A stretch of 64,000 nt of DNA, taken from Eutreptiella sp. 'Long Island Sound 2002' (Eukaryota > Protista > Euglenida). The position numbers and the translations under genes were made by a program. Below the pieces are notes generated by a model, which ran no database searches, was not told the DNA's origin, and saw nothing but the letters and a program-made list of their open reading frames with translations. Below are positions 56,001 through 64,000 of this stretch, one piece after another. Position 1 is the first letter of the stretch; each line of letters starts with the position of its first letter. The stretch lies in assembly GCA_964036045.1 (NCBI GenBank), contig OZ038379.1:56420001-56484000 (forward strand). Reading direction: 5' to 3'.

Positions 56001-58640
56001 GTTTGTTTTGTGAAGTGGCCGTTGCTTTGGCAAGGATGCTCAATCATGTGGCAATGCTTTTGTAGAAGGGAGAGGTGGTACCCGACCGCAAGATTTGTGG
56101 TGAGGAAGAACCTTTTTGGTTTCCGTGGTCGGAGTACAGGCACATGTGCAAAGAGCATTGTGCACAACAAAATCAATCGCATGTGCCTATGTGTAGTCAC
56201 ACTGCAGCCAGCAGTGGCCATAGGCAAGGACACAAACATGCCCCGCGAATGTCGTATTCTTAGATGTAGTGCCACCCCATGGGTTTTGAAGATCAAAACT
56301 CAATTGGCATGTGGCCATCCCACCGTGCCACCGAACACCGTTGCTTTCACGCAATAGCTTGTAGTTGGCCGGGATGATGAGGACAAAAAGGGGCGAGACA
56401 GAAAAAATATCCATGTTGTTGAAGCCCAAGATGCATTTAAAGATGGCACAGCCAGTTGGAAACAAAGGTTAATTTTTCGCTAAAACCTCTCTTGGCCGCT
56501 CGGATTGGGAATGGATCCGAGAGCAAGATGCAAGCTCCGCGCAATTGTGGCGTGCAGCGAATCGTAATTCGTCAAGTGGTATCGAGAGTTCACCATCCTC
56601 ATAAGATGGCGATAGCCCCTCTTCTTCCTCGCCGTCCTCCTCTTCTTCCTTCTCTTCCAGGGTGGTAGTTCTTGGCAGAAGGATTGTTATGAATGCCAAA
56701 GGCACAAAGTGGTCCATTACCATCCACATGCTCGGTGCTAAAAATCTATGTAAAATGACGACATCTGGGCGCAAGAAGTCGACCAAGGCACACACATACA
56801 ACACAAACTAATACTTTCTCCAACCCGCATCCCCCCCCCCCCTTTCCCTCTCCTTCCCCTTTCGCAACGTGCACGCCACAACTAGAAGGCCCACACAATG
56901 GCGCGGGGAGAGAGGCTTGGCCCACCATAGCCTCAGAGCCTCCCGAGTTGCGTGGCCATAAGTATAGTATCACACACAGATGCCTTCTTTAATGCCCTCC
57001 CGTTGATGCATTTCTCACCCCATGGTGTATTTCTAACCCCATGGTGTATTCCTCATTCTTTGACCGCCCTAGATGCGTTTCTCACCCTAGTGTGCATTCC
57101 TAACACCACAGTGTACTTGGAACCCCATGACCGCCGCGGAGACCAACGGTAGCGAGGTCTCGGTGCCCATGACCCGAACTACGGAAGGCAATGAAACCGT
57201 ACCGTACACGTGGGTAGGGGAGGTGTGCATTGTCTAATCACATCTAGGCGGCATACCCACCTGTTGGGAGGTGCCCGACATGATGGGGGAACCCCTAACG
57301 TGGCGCGCGCACGGCGCGCGCCGCACAAAGATTCTGCGTTGTGGCCAAAGCAAGCAGCTGCAGCTTCTACCCTAGGGCCCCCTTGTCTAGGGGTTTTTAG
57401 CGTAGTGTGTGGTACTCTTAAGTTCAAGTACTACACTAAGTTGTTCCATCAAACCGTCCGTGGTTTGGTTGCCAAATCGTGCAGGCAAGGTGCTATACAA
57501 ATGCTATTTGTTGCTCTGTGAAGATCCCTCCCTCAAAGCTCAGTCGCGGTGTGTGGTACCCAACGTAACGACGGTTCAGTGGTGGATATGTAGAGTTGTA
57601 ACGAAAGTTTGCACTGCAAGCTCATTAAAGGCGAAGTCATGGATTACGTTGTCTTTGTGCTTGTCTCTTGTGCGCATTGCATGTTTTTTTTGGTGTATGA
57701 AGGTGGTTAACATTTATGTTTGGTCAAGGTGGTATCGCCAGGGTATTTTTTTAGAAAAGGCGAATAGGTCACTTCACCTTCACTTCACCTTCGCTTTGCC
57801 TTCACCGACAAAGGCTCACTGCAAGCTCCCTACAAGCTCACTGAAAGCTAATTGAGGTTCATTGCAAGCTCACCGAAAGCTCATTAAAGGCGAATTGCAT
57901 ACATAATGCACAAGGTCTAAGCCCTATCCCTTTCCCAACCATTCCCCCTCCCCATATATTCACCCTCCCACCCCACATTCATATCCTCCTTCTTCTCATT
58001 ACGCCCTTTTTGTCCATCATGTCGCCCGTGGGTGTCGTTGACTCCAACGTTTCAAAGGCGTCCGAGGCGTTCGTGAATTGTTCCCGTTTCCCATGTCCTC
58101 TTAACGAAGCATGGTACACGGGGAGGATTTCATTGGACCTCAGTCTTTTGAAACGTTGGGCACAGGATGTGAACCCCCCCACCCGACGGTATCCATATTC
58201 GGTCTTCGACAAGACCCTAATGGAGAAAAACTAGATGCACGAAGCCAACCAGCTCTTGCGTCACGTCCACCGGAACCTCCGGGCAATCCGGTTCCGCTTT
58301 CCGGAGGATGTGGTTGACAACCTCCTCCAACAAGCCTCTGAAAACCTGTACCGGGAGGCCCGTCACTTGGTGCCGGCCCTCATCAACACTAGTGATTTTG
58401 CACTATGGTTATGCTGCCGATCTCGGTGTTGATGAGGTGCACTGCAAGAAGGGTGTGCTGCAACCCCTGCCCTATACGCCGTGAGTGGTAGATGCTGACT
58501 AATGGGAGACGTTGGGAATGTGCAACGTCACTCCGGAGTGGTGTTTGCACGTTCATGACTACACCTGCCCAACGCTGTTTACCTCCTTGGAGAAGCACTT
58601 TCTCTAGTGATGTAGCACTCCCTCGCCCTATGTTTCCCTG

Positions 58641-59470
58641 TTGCTTCCGATTTCCTCACACGAGTTGCCGCATCCACCTCTGGACTCAGATGACTCGCAG
58701 AGGGGGCTTGGCTTCAGGGTTTGCAAGGGCGTCATGTCGCCTCAGGGGGCCTCACAATGGTATACCATTGTGACGGCCTCCTTGGAGCAGGGGCCGCCCA
58801 ACGGGATGCATTTTGGGATCGGTCTGAGTCTTGTTGGGCCAATCCCAAACGGCCTCGCTTTTGGGGGTACCTGCCCAGGGAAGCTGACCACGCTGTTGGG
58901 ACACGAGAGGTGCAACAGGGCCGCTGAGCTCTCCTCGGCTCAGTGGCCCACGATGCGCAACTTGCACCCTACTGCATGATCAGGGCTGGGGAGGTGGTTG
59001 AGACTCCCGGGACCCAAGAGGACGCGACGAAGCAAACTTGGCACACTGATGTAGATCGGTTGCCAAATACGCTTCTCCGCCGCAGTGACCTCCCTACGCA
59101 TCTCACTATGATGCCTATCCTTTCAGATAAGTATCATATTGATATGCATGTGGGGAGTCACTTAGGGGAACACGATGGTTTTGTCCGGCGGACCGTTGTT
59201 TGTGGTCGTGGAGACCTGCTTTTGTGCGCGTCCACGATCAGGCACAGAGGTCTGCCCGCCCTTCTGGGGGTAGGGAAGCAGTTGGTGCTCTTCCGCTTCC
59301 TTGCCCCCGATGAAAGGCACCGCTGGGTGTATGTTGAGCGGTTGATCTTTGCTCCGCTGCCACGGATCAAGGCTAAACTTGCCTCACATCCCGCTTCTAG
59401 CACGGAAACACTGCCCGACTCCTGCGGCATCCCTCATCAGGGTGACATGTTGACCCTTGATGAGGGATAG
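58641..59470 (+). pseudogene. PhyH-like 2OG-Fe(II) dioxygenase (one frameshift near 58940)
   Basis: GFRVCKGVMSP; QTWHTD (HxD); HVGSH; GRGDLLL...IRHRG (distal His). Confidence 0.75.
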
Positions 59471-61007
59471 CATGGCTGTTGGGCCTGCCCCGTTGGGATC
59501 AACTGCAGCCCCGGTTGGCCCCAGTTGGTTGCGATGGGGCACGATGCCCATACCATCCTATGTTACTGAGGGGACCTCCGGCCGATGCCCCGGATCTCAT
59601 GGCCACCGTGTCCGTGGAATCCGGGGACACCGTGTGGCTCTTGGGGCCATTTTGGATTGTCCTCGATAATTCCATGGGTAAACCCGCCATGCTGCTTAAG
59701 CATCATTGGGCCCCACCCTTCCGCCCCATTTCCGCTACGCAAGTCCTGCGCGTTGGCGTTCTCGCACACTGTCGGTGTGCTAATGGCACAAGTAGGAATG
59801 AGTAGGGGCAGGGCTGCAAGATTGGTGCAGCGGTTGTCAATGGGGTACAGGAGGCCGCCTAGATCGTGCGGCCCGGGAGATGGGGGGCTGAGAAGGCAAA
59901 TGCCAAAGGGCATTTTTGCCTTGAGTTTGGAGCCGCCCTGCCTTTTGTTAGGGCAAGGCTATGGGTCCCCTTGTTGCAGACAATGGGGGGGAAACAGGTG
60001 GACACCGGGTTGGGCGAATTGAATGGTTCATGCGTGGTGGGAGGCCTTTGCGTCAATGTGCAAGGCGGCATGGAAGGAGAGCTTCTTGAGCGGGCAGTAA
60101 TAGTTGCGGGTATTGTGCGATCAACGCACCAAGGGGGTCAAGCAGGTTACCCTCGGGTCGCGCAAAACCCTGTGGAGCCCCATGTGGATTGACCACATAT
60201 ATGCTTGTGTGGCAACTTTGGCTAGGTTTAGTTTCTTTAGTCCAGAGGGGAGCCATGTAAGGCTCAAGGGGTGCCGAGGAACGGTGGGGGGGGGGGGGGT
60301 AAGCTTGTTGCATGACAAGCATGACAGGCCGCCTGGATCGTGCGGCCCGGAAGAGGGGGGGGGCTGAGAAGGCAAATGCCAAAGGGCATTTTTGCCTTGA
60401 GTTTGGGGCCGCCCTGCATTTTGTTAGGACAAGGCTATGGGTCCCCTTGTTGCAGACAATGGGGGGGAAACAGGTGGACACCGGGTGGGGGGACTTGAAT
60501 GGTTCATGTGTGGTGGGAGGCCTTTGCGTCAATGTGCAAGGCGGCATGGAAGGAGAGCTTCTTGAGCGGGCAGGAATTGTTGCGGGTATTGTGCGATCAA
60601 CGCACCATGGGGGTCAAGCAGGTTACCCTCGGGTGGCGCAAAACCCTGTGGACCCCCATGTGGATTGACCACATATATGCTTGTGTGGCAATTTTGGCCA
60701 GGTTTAGTTCCTTTAGTCCAGAGGGGAGCCATGTAAGGCTCAAGGGGTGCGGAGGAACGGTGGGGGGGGGGGGGTAAGCTTGTTGCATGACAAGTTGGGG
60801 CTCCAATGTGTGGTAGACAACCACACATTGGACCACAATTTGCGGAAGGAGGGGTGGGAGCCGCTGAGTAAGGCGGTGGCGAAACAAAGAGGGTACAAGA
60901 GGCTATGTAGGGATGGGACACGGGGTAGACGGCAAGGGAGTGGTAGGGCTGCAATGGGGGAAAGAATTGTGCAAAGAGCGTTGCGGCTGCGGGCACCAAA
61001 GACCTAA
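59471..61007 (+). pseudogene. RAG1/Transib-like transposase core (copy d), degenerate
   Basis: CWAC; EKANAKGHFCLEFGAALHFV vs DKANSKGKVRMECAAAIHFM of copy b; PMWIDH...FSSFSPEGSH (Glu retained); GGVSLLHDKLGLQCVVDNHTLD vs GGLSLLRGRLGVQVVVDNRTMD. Confidence 0.75.
59862..60793 (+). repeat. 474-bp tandem duplication inside transposase d
   Basis: GATCGTGCGGCCCGG starts at 59862 and 60336; the two units are highly similar. Confidence 0.95.
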
Positions 61008-61589
61008 GAATACTTGACTTCCAATGTGCTCAAACCTAGTAAGCCTTCAGTGAGCTTGCATTGAGCTTGCAGTGAACCCCAATTAACTTGTAGTTAGCTT
61101 GCACCGAGTTTGCAGTGAGCTTTCAGTCCGAAGGTGAGGTGAAGGTGGGGTGAACGTTTCGGAAGGCAAAGCGGACCAATTCGCCTTTTCTAAAAAAAGT
61201 ACCCCTAGTGTCAAGGTACCCCAAAATAGTCATGGGGATCACCTTCGCGGCATCCAAACAGATACCCTAACCCTCGATGGTATCATTCTTGGTGCTACAA
61301 ACGGGTATAAACCATTGCTTCGCCCTTGCTTCGCCTTTTGTGCTTGACTGCAAACTTCCTTCAAAAGTCCAAGCGAACCGTAGGTACAAAGGGTTATCTT
61401 TCTTGAGGTGTTAGTTTCGGACGTGTGCCAATGCTAGCCCTTTACGGGTAAACACGTTGGAAAAGTAGTGCGCAACACATATACTCCCCCTATATGAGAA
61501 ACTGAATGTTTTTCATTTTTTGTGCATCTATGCTGATCCCGTGTGCTACTTGTTCCGTACCGTGTCTGCCAAGCAAGGTTGGGGTTGGG

Positions 61590-62100
61590 CCGGTGCTGTT
61601 CTCGCCGACGATAATGCCGTGTTGCGAAATGCCCCTTAAAGCGCCCCCAACGCCTGCAACCCCCACTTTTTTAAATTTGGCATTAGGGGGTGAGTTAAGC
61701 AGCTCTTCCGATTTTCATGAGACCGCCCCCCCCTTGGTTGCACGCTCCGCATGTGGGTCATTAGCCATAGGTGATTGCCGTTGACAAGATGTGCAAAAAA
61801 TTGAAACACCACGGCTGCTGCATGCCAGTTGCATCGAACAATTCCGTGGTCCTTTGGCCCATGGGCAAGGAAAAGTGTAGTTGCTAGCCTCATCTCCGCT
61901 CACAAAGTCCCAAAAGGAGCAAGCGTTGCACTTATGGGTATACGCGGTTTTCAAGCACGTGCCACACCGTCTTTTCCCACATGCCGTCGTGCAACAAGCT
62001 AACATGTACATGAGAATTGCTTTGCCATGGTATTCGGACCTGTTGGTGGCGTGCTGGCAACACCCGTAGAACCAAGGGGGCTATGCTTTGGCTAAGAGGA
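61590..62100 (+). pseudogene. L1/Tx1-like RT fragment
   Basis: VLADDNAV. EQFRGPLAHGQGKV*LLASSPLTKSQKEQALHLW...MRIAL parallels DQFAKPLRAFRDKTAFIATLPLTLAQKVETLRVW...MRWAL at ~21.2-21.4 kb. HP*NQGGYAL. Confidence 0.65.
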
Positions 62101-64000
62101 GTGATTACATGCTTTGGATTCATTCCTAGCATCATCTGAATATCTTGACGGTCGGTTGCCACCACACTTGGTTGTCACACCTTTTTTAGGAACTCAATCA
62201 GTTGCTGTTGAAGTGATGTGCTGTTAGGCCCCAAGAACTTTAGGTGAGCCTCTTGTCTTGGAGCAACATCTATCAAGATCATTGGCCGGTAGCCGTCACG
62301 TTGTTCGTGGCATGCTTCTCTTTTAAGAGCAGTACCCAACGACAAGTTTGACAGGGGACAGGCTGTTGAATGTTCTGGTTTGGCGTTCAGCTAGGAGGCG
62401 GGGCAGACATACAAAGACACCAAGCACAACAGTCGTGAATTTTCGTTTGTACATGCCCGTCACTAGTACGGAGGTACAGTGAATGATGAAGCGGTTCAAA
62501 ACACGGAGCGGCGCAGCACGGCAAAGGTCATTCTGACCCACAATCTGCGAACCCCTTCGCCCCTTCCCAACACATGAGCTCTATCAGAACCGGGGGCTAT
62601 TGCCCTCGCCACCACTGACACCACAATGAACCCGCTCATCAAGACCTCCTCGGTAGGGCGCACGGACACACGAATACAAACTGCGGAAGCAACACGGACA
62701 CAACTCTCTATTATTACATGTCACCCAGCGCCACTCAACCCACTTGCCGGATATATTTTGACAGGGTGCCACAACATGAAACACACGGTTCTTAATTGTG
62801 GAACCTTGCAGGTTGAATACGATTTGAATGATCCGGGCGTCACGCACACACACACACACACACACATACGCACAATTGCGAATTGATTGAGAGATGTACC
62901 CATTGCAGTGGGGCATTTTACGCACAGATGCACACAGAGGTTCCAATAACCGGACGCTCTTTGCAATGGGGCGTTTGGTGCGGGGGCGCACACACATATT
63001 CCTAGAGTGGAGGAGTCCCGGGCACAATGTTTGATTTTGAACAATTGATACCAACCTCTACGTGTGTGCTGAACATTGCTTCCCCCCCATTCAGAAATTA
63101 TGAGGTTGACCAACAACGGTAGATCATACAATGTAGGTGGCCCTAGTTGCTAGGCTTAATGATGGAGGTGAAAATGTAGTTTGAGACCCACTCCATAGAG
63201 CACAAAGTAACGAGTGTGGCCATCAAGCTCAAGGGTTCCCGAACCCGAATAGCGGAAAAAACTCGCAGAGAGGCGACCAGTCATGCCGCAAACAAACCAA
63301 TGCAAGCCGTGTTGATAATCATAAAATCACCATGACAGTGTGGTGCCAAGCCATGTTATTTGGTGGCAAGTCATGTCCAATGGCTTGCATCTTGTGGGAC
63401 AAAAATGACCTCGAAGAGATGTTCTTGGATCAAGCGCACACACACACGCCATAGTGCACTATTTTGGGGTCATTGGCGCAGCACACCATGTTGGGTGACA
63501 TGAGATGTCCACACCCTTGTGCACTCATGGTCTTGGCACCAATTTTTTTTTGCATCTACAGTGCTCTACCCCCTCCTTGCTCCATTCTTGGTTGCCGTTT
63601 TCTTGGGATCGGGCGGTTGGGGTGTGAGGGTTGGGGGGGACAAAACTATTTTGTGTAATGCAGCGGCTATGTGTGAACCTGGACCCAAGACCCAAACTAA
63701 ATGGTCCGCCTCACGTATGGCTAGGGTCCGAGTCCAATCTCGAAGTACCCCCATTCTCCCCCAACCCTGTTGTGGGCTTCGGTTGAGGAATTTGCTGTTT
63801 TTCGGCGAGCACGTGTGACCTCAAAACCTTCGAACATCCGAAATTTTGTGAAGCCGTTCTATCGCCCGTGGGTTGCATTGGGGTGGTCATTGGGAGGCAC
63901 GACTGGCAGTTAAGCATGGCTAGGGACGCATGTAGTGGCCGACAAACCCATGTATCCGTCGTCGTTCTTGTTGAGGTGTTTCCTGTCCCACAATTGCGCG

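Larger units (their letters stand above)
57736..61210 (+). mobile_element. TIR-bounded RAG1/Transib-like element d carrying a PhyH-like dioxygenase
   Basis: Left end CGCCAGGGTATTTTTTTAGAAAAGGCGAAT vs right-end reverse complement CACTAGGGGTACTTTTTTTAGAAAAGGCGAAT. Inverted AAGCTCACTG(C/A)AAG arrays at 57815-57890 and 61040-61130. No TSD was recognised. Confidence 0.8.

Noticed and set aside
56469-56804. Minus-strand 111-aa ORF with an acidic patch as a host exon
   Set aside because: No recognisable motif or reliable splice partners; left unannotated.
62880-63130. GIY-YIG endonuclease remnant
   Set aside because: No recognisable GIY/YIG motif in any frame.

Overview
Eukaryotic (protist-like; conventional GT-AG introns, no prokaryotic features) GC-rich window that is almost entirely nested transposable elements. 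DNA transposons: a piggyBac fragment; a long plus-strand block with OTU-like, TET/JBP-like 2OG-Fe(II) oxygenase and hAT-transposase coding; four degenerate RAG1/Transib-like transposase copies (one TIR-bounded and carrying a PhyH-like dioxygenase, one with a spliced accessory gene whose introns are fold-back copies of its subterminal repeats); two MITE-like insertions. Retroelements: one near-intact LINE (ORF1 + EN-RT-RNaseH-ZnF, minus strand, 33.2-40.6 kb), several degenerate L1/Tx1-like LINEs and a Penelope-like RT. Also a 1.6-kb satellite, (TACA)n tracts and two exons of a TVP38/TMEM64 (DedA/VTT)-family gene. Paired repeat copies and premature stops suggest C>T mutation at CAG/CTG. All domain calls come from motif recognition by eye, not database searches; frameshifts in poly-G runs may be sequencing errors.
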